DNA of 64,000 nucleotides, from positions 8,586 to 72,585 of the forward strand of contig JAJECS010000030.1 of the NCBI GenBank assembly GCA_022821905.1, read 5' to 3'. The translations under genes and the position numbers were made by a program. The DNA is from Chloroflexota bacterium (GTDB taxonomy: Bacteria; Chloroflexota; UBA11872). A model generated the notes under the pieces. It saw only the letters and a list, made by a program, of their open reading frames with translations. It was not told the DNA's origin and made no database searches. This document shows, in pieces, positions 48,501 to 56,493 of the stretch. Positions within the stretch are counted from its first letter, which is position 1; the number at the start of each line of letters is the position of its first letter.

Positions 48501-51500
48501 CAGGGGCGCCTATGGCAACCGGCACGGCGAATTGTCGCCGCCCTACGGCGAGCGCTTCGCCTCGATCCGCAGTGGCAACGAGCACACCTGCGGATTGCGT
48601 GAGGACGGCGTGGCGATTTGCTGGGGCGCCAGCGAGCAACCACCGGAGGGCGAACGCTTCTCGGTCATCAACCCTGGCGCGTATCACACCTGCGGATTGC
48701 GTGAGGACGGCACCGCGGTCTGCTGGGGATTCAATGAGCAGGGCCAAGCCGATCCGCCGTCAGACGAGCGATTCACGGACATCAGCAGCGGCTACACCCA
48801 CACCTGCGCCTTGCGGGCGGACGGTGAGGCCGTGTGCTGGGGCGCCGAGGATCCCGCGAGAGACCGCGGTCAGGCCTCGCCGCCGCCCGGCGAGGAATTC
48901 GCAGCCATTAGCAGCGGGCAGGACCATACCTGCGCGCTGCGTCGAGACGGAACGACCGTCTGTTGGGGCGATATTGGGGCGGGGCGCGTCTCGCCGCCCC
49001 ACAGCGAGCGCTTCACGGCGCTCAGCAGCGGGACCGCTCACACTTGCGCCCTGCGCGAGGACGGCACAGCCGTGTGCTGGGGCTACAACCAAAGCGACTT
49101 CGGCGCCGCCCGCGACTTCGGCGGCCAAGCATCGCCCCCACACGGCGTAGAGTTCTCCCAGATCAGCAGTGGTGACGAGTTCACCTGCGCCCTGCGCAAG
49201 GACGGAACGGGCGTCTGCTGGGGATTCTGGCTCGTGCCGGAAGCGCCACGCTACGCGCCGATTGACGTCGGTCCGTTCGCGGCCGTCAGCGGCGGCGCGC
49301 AGCACACCTGCGCCTTGCGCCGCGACGGTACCGCCTTCTGCTGGGGCGACAACACCCAGGGTCAGGCCACGCCGCCTGCCGGTGAGCGGTTCGCGGCCAT
49401 CAGCAGCGGAACCAATCACACCTGCGCGCTCCGCACGGACGGCACGGCCGTCTGTTGGGGATCCGATGAAGGCGGTCGGGCTTCGCCCCCTGCGGACGAG
49501 ACGTTCACGACGATCAGCAGCGGAGCGGGGCACACATGCGCCTTGCGGCAGGACGGCTCGGCGGTTTGCTGGGGACAGGACTTCGCGCGCCAGTCGTCGC
49601 CACCCGCCGAAGATCGATTCACCGCCATCAGCAGCGGCCGCGCACATACGTGCGCCCTGCGCGAGGATGGCAGCGCCGTCTGCTGGGGTCAGATTGACTT
49701 CTATGACCTCAGGGCGCCGGAGGACGAACGCTTCGTCGCCATCACGGCCGGTCCGGACTACGTCTGCGCCCTGCGGGCGGATGGCACGGTCTGGTGTCGG
49801 GGTGGCGACAAATATTGGCTGCCCCGGTCGATCCCCGAGCATGAGCGACTCGTAACCATCAGTGGCGGCCACGCCCACGCCTGCGGGCTCCGCGAGGACG
49901 GCTCCGTTGCCTGTTGGAGCGAGCAGGACATTGACGGCCGAACGTTCCCACCGCGTCGCGAGCGCTTCGTATCCGTCAGCAGCGGCGGTCGGCACACCTG
50001 CGGCTTGCGCGAGGACGGCGACATCCTCTGCTGGGGCGAGGACATTCACGGTCAGTCGTCGCTCGAGGGTCCGCCGCGAACCTCGCTGTTCGGCGAGCGG
50101 TTCACGGACATCGCCGCCAGCACCTATCCCTGCGCCCTCCGGCAAGATGGGACGGCATTCTGCTGGCCGGCTCCCAAGGCTCCCTTTTCCTATTCCGCCG
50201 CGGAGCCAACGATGCCGCCGAACGAGCGACTCGCGTCCATAAGCGCCGGCTACGATCACCACTGCGGGCTGCGCGACGACGGTGCCCCCGTCTGCTGGAG
50301 CGACGAAGACGCGTGGGAGCCGAACCTCTGGGGCCAAGCCACGCCGCCGGAGGGCGAGCGCTTCGTGACGCTGAGCAGCGGCGGCGGTCACACCTGCGCG
50401 TTGCGGGAGGACGGAAGCGCCGTCTGCTGGGGCCGAAACACGGATGCTTACCTTAATGAGCCGGTCGGCCAGGCAACGCCGCCCGCCGATGAGCGATTCG
50501 TGGCGATCAGCAGCGGCGGAACGCACACATGCGCCCTGCGAGCGGACGGGACCGCCGTCTGCTGGGGCGACAATCGCGATAGCTACGGCAATTGGATTGG
50601 TCAGGCGATCCCTCCCGAAGGCGAGCGCTTCACAGCGATTGCCAGCGGCGGCGACCGCACGTGCGCCATTCGCCTGGACGGAACCGTCGCCTGCTGGGGC
50701 TATAACCCCTACGGCCGACATGCGCCGCCCGAGAACGAGACGTTTGCCTCGATCTCCAGCGGAAGCAACCACGCCTGCGGCATTCGCACCGACGGCACGG
50801 CCGTCTGTTGGGGCACGACGGGCGAACACGCCTCGGTGCCAGCGGGAGAGACGTTTGCGTCAATCAGCGCAGGCCGGTACCTCACCTGCGGCCTACGCGA
50901 CGACGGCACCGCCCTGTGCTGGGGCGGTGGATATCCGGTCGCGAGACCGGCTACGCCGCCCTATGTTCCGCCGCCGCCGACCATCCCCCCGCCACCGAGA
51001 CCTCTCCCTCCGCTCACCGCCATCAGCAGCGGCTTTCGACACACCTGCGCCCTTAGCGACGAGGGTCTCGCCATCTGCTGGGGCGAGAACAATTACGGAC
51101 AGGCGACTCCGCCGGAAGGCGTGCGATTCAAAGCCATCAGCAGCGGTCGCCAGAGCACCTGCGGGATTCGAGTGGACGGCATTCCCATCTGCTGGGCGTA
51201 TCAAGACCGCATGGAAGCCCAGACGCTATCGAATGGAACATTCGAGTCGATCAGCACGGGCTGGGGTCACGTGTGCGCCCTGCGCGACGACGGCACCGCC
51301 GCCTGCTGGGGAGCCGACGGCTATGGTCAGATCCGAGTGCCCGACGGCGAGCGCTTCATCGCCATCGGCTGCGGGGACTTTCACACCTGCGGGCTGCGCC
51401 ACGATGGCTCGGTGGCGTGCTGGGGGCGCAATGACCTGGCTGTGACCACGCCGCCGGAGGGCGAGCGGTTCGTCGCCATCAGCGTCGCCGGCTATCACGC

Positions 51501-51807
51501 CTGCGGCTTGCGCCAGGACGGAACGCGGGTGTGCTGGGGCAGCGAGTTCCAGGGCCAGAGCTATCCGCCAGCTGGCAAGCGGTTCACGGCGATCAGCGGC
51601 GGCGGCTCCCACACCTGCGGCCTCGACGAGAACGGCGCGGCCGTCTGCTGGGGGCTCAACGAAAACGACCAGGCCACGCCGCCACCGGGCGAACGGTTCA
51701 GCATCATCAGCAGCGGCGGCTCCCACACCTGCGCCATTCGCCCGGACGGCACTGCCGTCTGTTGGGGGCTGGACGATGATGGCCAAGCTTCGCCGCCACG
51801 GCCATAG
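45592..51807 (+). CDS. Giant secreted protein (2071-2090 aa) made of about 50 tandem RCC1-like (regulator of chromosome condensation / beta-propeller blade) repeats
   Basis: An N-terminal signal (PRRRRLQAIRVVTAALALALIIAAPPAAEA) followed by the recurring unit ...F(T/V)AISSG..HTC(A/G)LR.DGTAVCWG....GQA(S/T)PP.GERF... about 50 times, with a Pro-rich linker (PPYVPPPPTIPPPPRPLPP) near residue 1810. Confidence 0.85.
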   Translation: MPGRPLTDEPRRRRLQAIRVVTAALALALIIAAPPAAEAEDPPATTGPRFVAVGSGEYHSCALRADGEAVCWGAQPVDPDAELDPVDFGQASPPTGERFTAISSGGWHTCGLREDGSAVCWGRDEHGQASPPIDERFSAISSGGRHTCALREDGTAVCWGNNQEGQASPPEGERLATVSSGGYHTCGLREDGQAVCWGPEPGSDGHTGWSAPPDEPLVALSSTWGRSCGLTADGGAVCWGAWSDVVYEGTSPPSDQFVTLTVDAEGGCGLWTNRTAVCWGFGYFYPTPERVRFAAISRANNHICAIREADGGLVCWGDNDYGQATPPDGERFVKAEPRVKPPKPVVPFVAVSSGSNHACGLTGSGSVWCWGDDEYGKASPPEGETFAAIASGSDHTCGIRLDGTLVCWGRDHRAQASPPEGGGFAAVTSGLSHSCALREDGTAVCWGGFVDDESLETLSEQQLSAISSGAFGFCALRTDGSLICSQSVGAPPEGETFAAISVGWDHACGLREDGSPVCWGERFSWTSRGQASPPEGERFVAISSGFDHTCAVRADGTPVCWGGEDPQSDRGQASPPPIERLVAVSSGSGFTCGLRRDGTEVCWRFTPSGVAIDSEAIRAHYRYRSARPSLVSGGDWHSCGVLEAGGFACVHTNPGSDIPLGISSRGFEEVSNRVFTSMSTGNRFTCALDPDGAPVCWGIDDYGQASPPADERFTALSSGERHVCALRGDGTPVCWGDPAQGRTTPPAGESLTTISSGWAHTCALRADGTPICWGRDYYGQASPPDGEQLVTISSGHAHTCGLRADGAPVCWGRNDSEQASPPAGAQFVSISSGPAHTCALHADGSPFCWGDEDSEVLRAPSVDQYSSVYSGEVHACGLRADGTLVCWGDSYSAAPKGEALATVSLGLAHSCGLRQDGRPVCWGDGYETPVVSARQSIYQIISAQSVRAIASGYDHACVLRQDGTPVCWSLRGAYGNRHGELSPPYGERFASIRSGNEHTCGLREDGVAICWGASEQPPEGERFSVINPGAYHTCGLREDGTAVCWGFNEQGQADPPSDERFTDISSGYTHTCALRADGEAVCWGAEDPARDRGQASPPPGEEFAAISSGQDHTCALRRDGTTVCWGDIGAGRVSPPHSERFTALSSGTAHTCALREDGTAVCWGYNQSDFGAARDFGGQASPPHGVEFSQISSGDEFTCALRKDGTGVCWGFWLVPEAPRYAPIDVGPFAAVSGGAQHTCALRRDGTAFCWGDNTQGQATPPAGERFAAISSGTNHTCALRTDGTAVCWGSDEGGRASPPADETFTTISSGAGHTCALRQDGSAVCWGQDFARQSSPPAEDRFTAISSGRAHTCALREDGSAVCWGQIDFYDLRAPEDERFVAITAGPDYVCALRADGTVWCRGGDKYWLPRSIPEHERLVTISGGHAHACGLREDGSVACWSEQDIDGRTFPPRRERFVSVSSGGRHTCGLREDGDILCWGEDIHGQSSLEGPPRTSLFGERFTDIAASTYPCALRQDGTAFCWPAPKAPFSYSAAEPTMPPNERLASISAGYDHHCGLRDDGAPVCWSDEDAWEPNLWGQATPPEGERFVTLSSGGGHTCALREDGSAVCWGRNTDAYLNEPVGQATPPADERFVAISSGGTHTCALRADGTAVCWGDNRDSYGNWIGQAIPPEGERFTAIASGGDRTCAIRLDGTVACWGYNPYGRHAPPENETFASISSGSNHACGIRTDGTAVCWGTTGEHASVPAGETFASISAGRYLTCGLRDDGTALCWGGGYPVARPATPPYVPPPPTIPPPPRPLPPLTAISSGFRHTCALSDEGLAICWGENNYGQATPPEGVRFKAISSGRQSTCGIRVDGIPICWAYQDRMEAQTLSNGTFESISTGWGHVCALRDDGTAACWGADGYGQIRVPDGERFIAIGCGDFHTCGLRHDGSVACWGRNDLAVTTPPEGERFVAISVAGYHACGLRQDGTRVCWGSEFQGQSYPPAGKRFTAISGGGSHTCGLDENGAAVCWGLNENDQATPPPGERFSIISSGGSHTCAIRPDGTAVCWGLDDDGQASPPRP

Positions 51808-51837
51808 CCGGACGCTTAGGGCTGGGTCGCCACGACG

Positions 51838-52983
51838 CTAGGCTCCGACCGCTCGCTGGCGCGCCAGGCCGCGCCGGGCAAGGACGGTGACCAGTACCAG
51901 CGAGCCGGCGAGCGCGGCGGCGCCGACCCAGTTCATGCCGCCCGCGCTGAACACCGGGCCCGTCGCCAGGCTGCCGGTGGCCGCGGCTACCGCCGCAAGC
52001 GCGTCGCCGGCGCCCTGAGTGCGTCCGCGCTCGCGAGGGGACAAACCGTCGATCAGCAGGGCCGATCCGGCGACGAAGCACATGTTCCAGCCGTAGCCGA
52101 CCAGGAACATCGCCAGCAGCATCACTCCCAGATCGGCCGAGAACGGCGTGAGGACGCTGGCGGCGATCAACTGCACCGAACCAAGCACGATCACCGGCAT
52201 GCGGCCGTAGCGGTCCACCAGGCGACCGGTGAGCGCCGCCAGCCCGAACATGCCGACGGTATGGACGGCCACGGCGATGGAGATGGTGGTCGGTACGTGG
52301 CCGTGATTGTGCAAGTGCAGCGGCGCAATGGTCATCACCATCACCATGACAAGCTGTCCGACCAACATGGCGAGCACGGCCACCTGGACGTTGACCGCGC
52401 GAAAGATCTCGCGCAGGGGGCGCACAGAACCGTCCGAGCCTCCGCGCCCAACGGCCTCAAACGGCGTCTGGACGGCCATGTCGCGCGGATCGGGTCGCAC
52501 GAACGTCAGGATCAGGGCCACGGCCACGCCAACGAGCACGGCGGCGGCCAGCCATGGCCCGGCGAATTGCTCGATCCCCGCTCCCTCGGCGAGGTCCGTC
52601 GATGCGCGGACGATCAGCGGACCGGCGATGGCCCCGATGGTGCCGGCGAAGACCATGCGGCCGATGATGCGTCCCCGGCGCCGCGCCGGATGCACTTCGG
52701 CGGCGACGTAGCGCGACTGGTCGCTGGCCGTTCGCGACATGCCAAAGATCGCCGCGCCCGCCACCAACCCGGCGTATGACCCGCCCATGATGGCAAGGGC
52801 TCCCACCACCGCGCCGGCGACGCCCATCAGGTAGCCGAGCGCGAGCGCCGGCCGGCGGCCGGCACGGTCCATCAGCCAGCCGATCGGATAGGCCGCCAGC
52901 GCCCGCCCGAAGAGCATGGCGGCGCCCGGTATCCCAGCGTAGGCGGCGTTCCCGGCCAGGTTCGCCGCGCTGATGGTCAACAC
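51838..52983 (-). CDS. MFS transporter
   Basis: 12 predicted transmembrane segments and the MFS motif region (GWLMDRAGRRPAL). Confidence 0.75.
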   Translation of the reverse strand: MLTISAANLAGNAAYAGIPGAAMLFGRALAAYPIGWLMDRAGRRPALALGYLMGVAGAVVGALAIMGGSYAGLVAGAAIFGMSRTASDQSRYVAAEVHPARRRGRIIGRMVFAGTIGAIAGPLIVRASTDLAEGAGIEQFAGPWLAAAVLVGVAVALILTFVRPDPRDMAVQTPFEAVGRGGSDGSVRPLREIFRAVNVQVAVLAMLVGQLVMVMVMTIAPLHLHNHGHVPTTISIAVAVHTVGMFGLAALTGRLVDRYGRMPVIVLGSVQLIAASVLTPFSADLGVMLLAMFLVGYGWNMCFVAGSALLIDGLSPRERGRTQGAGDALAAVAAATGSLATGPVFSAGGMNWVGAAALAGSLVLVTVLARRGLARQRAVGA

Positions 52984-53177
52984 CGCGAAGCTGGCGATAC
53001 CGGCGGCCGAAAACGCGGCCTGAGAGGCAAAGAGCGTCGCGGTGATGCGCTGAGGGGCGGTCAGCGACGGAATGATGGACGTGAGCCTGTCTCCCCGCGT
53101 GGGCGTGCGGGCATTCTAGGCGGGCGCGGCACGGGCTATCGTGGACCCACTGGCGGGGCCACAAGGAGCGGGCACAG

Positions 53178-53978
53178 GTGGGCACATTCGACGGGAAATC
53201 AGTCGTGGTGACGGGCGGCGCTCAGGGCATCGGCGGCGGGGTGAGCAAGGGCTTCGCCCGGGCCGGCGCGTCGGTGACGGTGGTGGATATCGACGAAACG
53301 GCTTCCGCGGCGCTTACCGGCGGCCTGGAGGACGAAGGGTGCACGGCGCAGTACGTGATTGCCGACGTGAGCAGCCATGCGGACGCGAAACGGGCGATCG
53401 ACCAGGCCGTGTCCGCCTTCGGCGGAGTCGACGTGCTGGTGAACAACGCGGGCATTCAGCCGATGGGGTCTTATGTCAAGCTCGACGCCGAGACCGAGGA
53501 GGGTTGGGACCGGATCATCGGGGTGAACCTCAAGGCCTGCTTCCTGATGTCGAAGTACGCCATTCCCTCGATGCGCGAGCGCGGCGGGGGCACGATCATC
53601 AACGTCGCCAGCGTGCAGGGGCTGCAATCGCAACCGATGGTGCCAGCGTACGCGGCATCGAAGGGCGGGTTGCTATCCCTGACGCGAAACATGGCGCTGG
53701 ATTACGCGCCGGAGAACATCCGGGTGGTGGCGATCAACCCGGGCTCGATCGATACGCCGATGCTGCGCACGCAGGCACGGGCCGCCGGCGACGAGGACGC
53801 CATGGTGGAAACCTGGGGACGCACACACCCCATCAAGCGCATTGGCCAGCCGGCGGACATCGCCAACGCGGCGATGTTTCTCGCCAGCGATCAGGCCAGC
53901 TTCATCACGGGCGAATACCTGTGCGTGGACGGCGGGTACATGGCCCAGGGCGCCTGGGCGGGGAACTACGACGAGTGA
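53178..53978 (+). CDS. SDR-family oxidoreductase (short-chain dehydrogenase)
   Basis: TGGAQGIGGG cofactor motif, NNAG, and the catalytic S...YAASK. Confidence 0.85.
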   Translation: MGTFDGKSVVVTGGAQGIGGGVSKGFARAGASVTVVDIDETASAALTGGLEDEGCTAQYVIADVSSHADAKRAIDQAVSAFGGVDVLVNNAGIQPMGSYVKLDAETEEGWDRIIGVNLKACFLMSKYAIPSMRERGGGTIINVASVQGLQSQPMVPAYAASKGGLLSLTRNMALDYAPENIRVVAINPGSIDTPMLRTQARAAGDEDAMVETWGRTHPIKRIGQPADIANAAMFLASDQASFITGEYLCVDGGYMAQGAWAGNYDE

Positions 53979-54078
53979 CCGAGAGTTGTCACGCCCGGAC
54001 GCGGGGGCTCTGGGCCCACACGGACAAGTCAGGGACGGCCGGGGAAAGCCGTGTGCGGCCGCAAGTTGGATGACGGGT

Positions 54079-54143
54079 GGATTCCCGCCTTCGCGGGAAT
54101 GACGGAAGGGGGCGGGAATGACGGATGCGGCAGGAATGACGGA
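54079..54143. repeat. Dispersed-repeat copy extended by three tandem GGGAATGACGGA-like units
   Basis: GGATTCCCGCCTTCGCGGGAATGACGGAAGGGGGCGGGAATGACGGATGCGGCAGGAATGACGGAGG. Confidence 0.7.
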
Positions 54144-54162
54144 GGGATGACTCCGAGGTCTC

Positions 54163-56391
54163 TTACGGCGGCAGGGTCTGGAGGAAGTTGACCAGGTTCC
54201 AGATGTCGAACACGGTCAGCGTCTCGCCGAATGCCGGCATGGCCGTGTCGGCGATGCCCTGTTCGATGAAGCCGTAGAGCTCGCCGTCGGGGTGCAGCGG
54301 CACGTGAATGGTCAGGTCCAGCGGCGGCGGATCGAGTCCAGCCGCCAGCGGGCCGTCGCCCTGTCCGCCCGGACCATGGCAGCTGACGCAGTGCGCCTCG
54401 AAGTGCATGCGTCCGGCATCGACGGATTTCTGGTCGGGCGGAACGGGGTTCACGGCGCTCAAGGAGCTTGGAGCGAACTCGGGGGTGGTGACCAGCAGCG
54501 CCAGCCCAGCCGCGGCAGCGCCGAAGCCGACGACCGTCACGCCCCGCCGCGCCCAGTCCGCCCAGGCCACCGGCTGCAACATGCCGAAGGCGAGGAGGAG
54601 ACCCAGGCCGGCGAGCGCAATGGCCCACACGCGGCGCACATCGTCGGCGGCCGGGGGCGGTGCGCCGCCCGCCGCTGAGCCGCCCGGCGTCACGTCGAAC
54701 CGGAAGGGCGCGCGCGCGTCGAACTCGCCCGGGCGCCGCACGATTGCGAGCGCCTGCCAGCGACCGACGAGGCCGATGAAGTCGCCCGCCACGACGTAGC
54801 GTCCGTCAGCGTCCCCTTCCAGACGCAGATCTCGCTGCCCGATGTCCGAGTCGAGGAACTTGAACTGCAGCTCGACGTCGGCGTCCTTCACGGGCTGCCC
54901 ACGGTCCTGAAGCGTCAGGGTGGCGGTGTTGTTGCCGGGCGTGCCGGGCTGAATGCTCAACTCCAAGTCGAGATCGTCGATTCGGGTCGCCAGGTTTATG
55001 CCTCGCGCATCGCCCAACGCGACCTGGCGCGCAGGTTCGAGACTGGTCAGCAGGCCGACCGCCGCAACGACGGCGACGCCAAACAGCACCTCGGCGGCCA
55101 CCAGGCGCGGCGCCCACCGGCCGGCAGCCGTGGGCAGCACATCGTGCAGGCGACGCCGCGTCCAGAGCAGGTTGACGCCGCCCAGGCCAAGGAGCGGCGC
55201 CACGAGCGCGAGCTTGGCCACCAGCACCCGTCCGTAGTCGGTTTGCACCAAGCGCGGCAGCTCGACGACTTGAATCCAGGTGGCAAACGCGCCGGTGATG
55301 ACAAGCGCGCCGACCGAGATCGTGGCAATGGTCGAAAATCGCGCCAGCAGCGCCCCCAGCAGGCGGCGGCGCAAGGCGCCGTCGAGCGTCCGGCGGGCAT
55401 GCAGGAGCGACAGCAGCAGCGGGGCGAGGCCACCGGCCCAAAGAGCGGCCGTGAGCAAATGCAGCACGTCGGCGCTGGTGGCCGCCGTCGTGGACTCGAG
55501 CAGCGCCGCGGCGTGGCTGCCCAATGAAATCGTGACGAGCACAGCCGCGGCCAATGCCACGACCGGCAACCAGGCTCGAAGCAGCCGCGGCTCGCGGCCG
55601 GCGCGCATCAGGGCCAGGGCCAACCCGCCGACCACGATGGCCCGCACGACCCACAGCGTGCCCCACTGCCCCAAGCCGAGCGCGCTGCCGACAGCACCCA
55701 CCAGATCCGCCTCGGCATCGCCCGCCAGGCCCGCGGCCTGGGTCACCAGCAGTCCCACATGGGCGCCGGCGGCCAGACCGAAGCCGATCCATCCGAGCTC
55801 CAGGTAGCGCGATCCCGCAGTGCCGACGCCGACCGCGCGGGCGGCGGGCGCGAAGATCAGAGGCACGTGCACCGCGGTGCCCAGCACGAGCATGGCGCCA
55901 ACGAGCAGCGCGGCTCGCAGCACGGGCTCGGCGGGGCTGAGCACGAGCGCGGACGCCGGAGTGCTCGCCACGTCAGCGTCGATGGGCTCGCCTACGCTGA
56001 AGGCGTACGAGCCGCGGATCACGTGACCATCAACAACCGACAAGGTGCGCCAGGTCACGACGTAGGTGCCGTCGGCGAGCGGCGGCACGCGGACCAACAT
56101 GGCGGAACGGTTCGACGGGTCGACCTGGCTGGGGCCGTCGGTCACCGACGACCCGGAGGCATCCAGGACATCGATGCGGCTGAATTCAGGTTCGATTCGC
56201 TCGGAGAACTCGGCGGCGACGATTTGTGGCGGCTTGTCAACCGTCGAGCCCGCGGCGGGTATTGCCCGCACGAGGTTGGCATGGGCGGCGACCGGCATGA
56301 GCCCGAGGCATGCGAGCAACGCGGCAAGCGCGGTGGCCAATGCCCAGCGGCGGGCCGGCGCGTGGGTCAGACGGCGGAGCGACCGTTGCAT
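54163..56391 (-). CDS. CopC-CopD fusion copper-resistance/transport protein with a C-terminal mono-haem cytochrome c domain
   Basis: A signal peptide, then a CopC-like domain (HANLVRAIPAAGSTV...GTYVVTWRTLSVVDGH), an 8-10 TM CopD-like region and a C-terminal CVSCHG (CxxCH) haem motif. Confidence 0.75.
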   Translation of the reverse strand: MQRSLRRLTHAPARRWALATALAALLACLGLMPVAAHANLVRAIPAAGSTVDKPPQIVAAEFSERIEPEFSRIDVLDASGSSVTDGPSQVDPSNRSAMLVRVPPLADGTYVVTWRTLSVVDGHVIRGSYAFSVGEPIDADVASTPASALVLSPAEPVLRAALLVGAMLVLGTAVHVPLIFAPAARAVGVGTAGSRYLELGWIGFGLAAGAHVGLLVTQAAGLAGDAEADLVGAVGSALGLGQWGTLWVVRAIVVGGLALALMRAGREPRLLRAWLPVVALAAAVLVTISLGSHAAALLESTTAATSADVLHLLTAALWAGGLAPLLLSLLHARRTLDGALRRRLLGALLARFSTIATISVGALVITGAFATWIQVVELPRLVQTDYGRVLVAKLALVAPLLGLGGVNLLWTRRRLHDVLPTAAGRWAPRLVAAEVLFGVAVVAAVGLLTSLEPARQVALGDARGINLATRIDDLDLELSIQPGTPGNNTATLTLQDRGQPVKDADVELQFKFLDSDIGQRDLRLEGDADGRYVVAGDFIGLVGRWQALAIVRRPGEFDARAPFRFDVTPGGSAAGGAPPPAADDVRRVWAIALAGLGLLLAFGMLQPVAWADWARRGVTVVGFGAAAAGLALLVTTPEFAPSSLSAVNPVPPDQKSVDAGRMHFEAHCVSCHGPGGQGDGPLAAGLDPPPLDLTIHVPLHPDGELYGFIEQGIADTAMPAFGETLTVFDIWNLVNFLQTLPP

Positions 56392-56401
56392 GACCCTGCC
56401 C

Positions 56402-56422
56402 GGGCAGGTTTGAAACCTGCCC
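56402..56422. terminator. GC-rich hairpin GGGCAGGT-TTGAA-ACCTGCCC between the cupredoxin-like gene and the copCD start; repeat family 2; possible terminator or attenuator
   Basis: Same architecture and loop as the 36076 element; ends about 10 nt upstream of the copCD ATG. Confidence 0.35.
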
Positions 56423-56462
56423 CTACGCCTGATTTCCGCCGCGCTTCCAAGATTGACCGGAC

Positions 56463-56489
56463 TGGATTCCCGCCTTCGCGAGAATGACG
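56463..56489. repeat. Copy of the GGATTCCCGCCTTCGCG(A/G)GAATGACGG dispersed repeat
   Basis: Intergenic, immediately downstream of the cupredoxin-like gene. Confidence 0.75.
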
Positions 56490-56493
56490 GAAC

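Noticed and set aside
48760-50829. 689-aa minus-strand ORF and many other ORFs (both strands, alternative frames) inside the RCC1 gene
   Set aside because: Artefacts of the repetitive, GC-rich coding sequence; only the plus-strand frame starting at 45592 yields the coherent RCC1 repeat pattern with a signal peptide
45592-51807. The periodic repeats in this gene as a possible CRISPR array
   Set aside because: The repeats are about 150 bp, imperfect, lie in one long ORF and encode a conserved protein motif; there are no short identical direct repeats separated by unique spacers anywhere in the window
45592-51807. Eukaryotic contamination suggested by the RCC1 repeats
   Set aside because: The gene has the same GC content and codon bias as its neighbours, a bacterial signal peptide and bacterial flanks on both sides (NYN and MFS genes)
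54806-55792. 328-aa minus-strand alternative-frame ORF within copCD
   Set aside because: Same strand but out of frame with the CopC/CopD/cytochrome c reading frame; Arg/Gly/Pro-rich artefact
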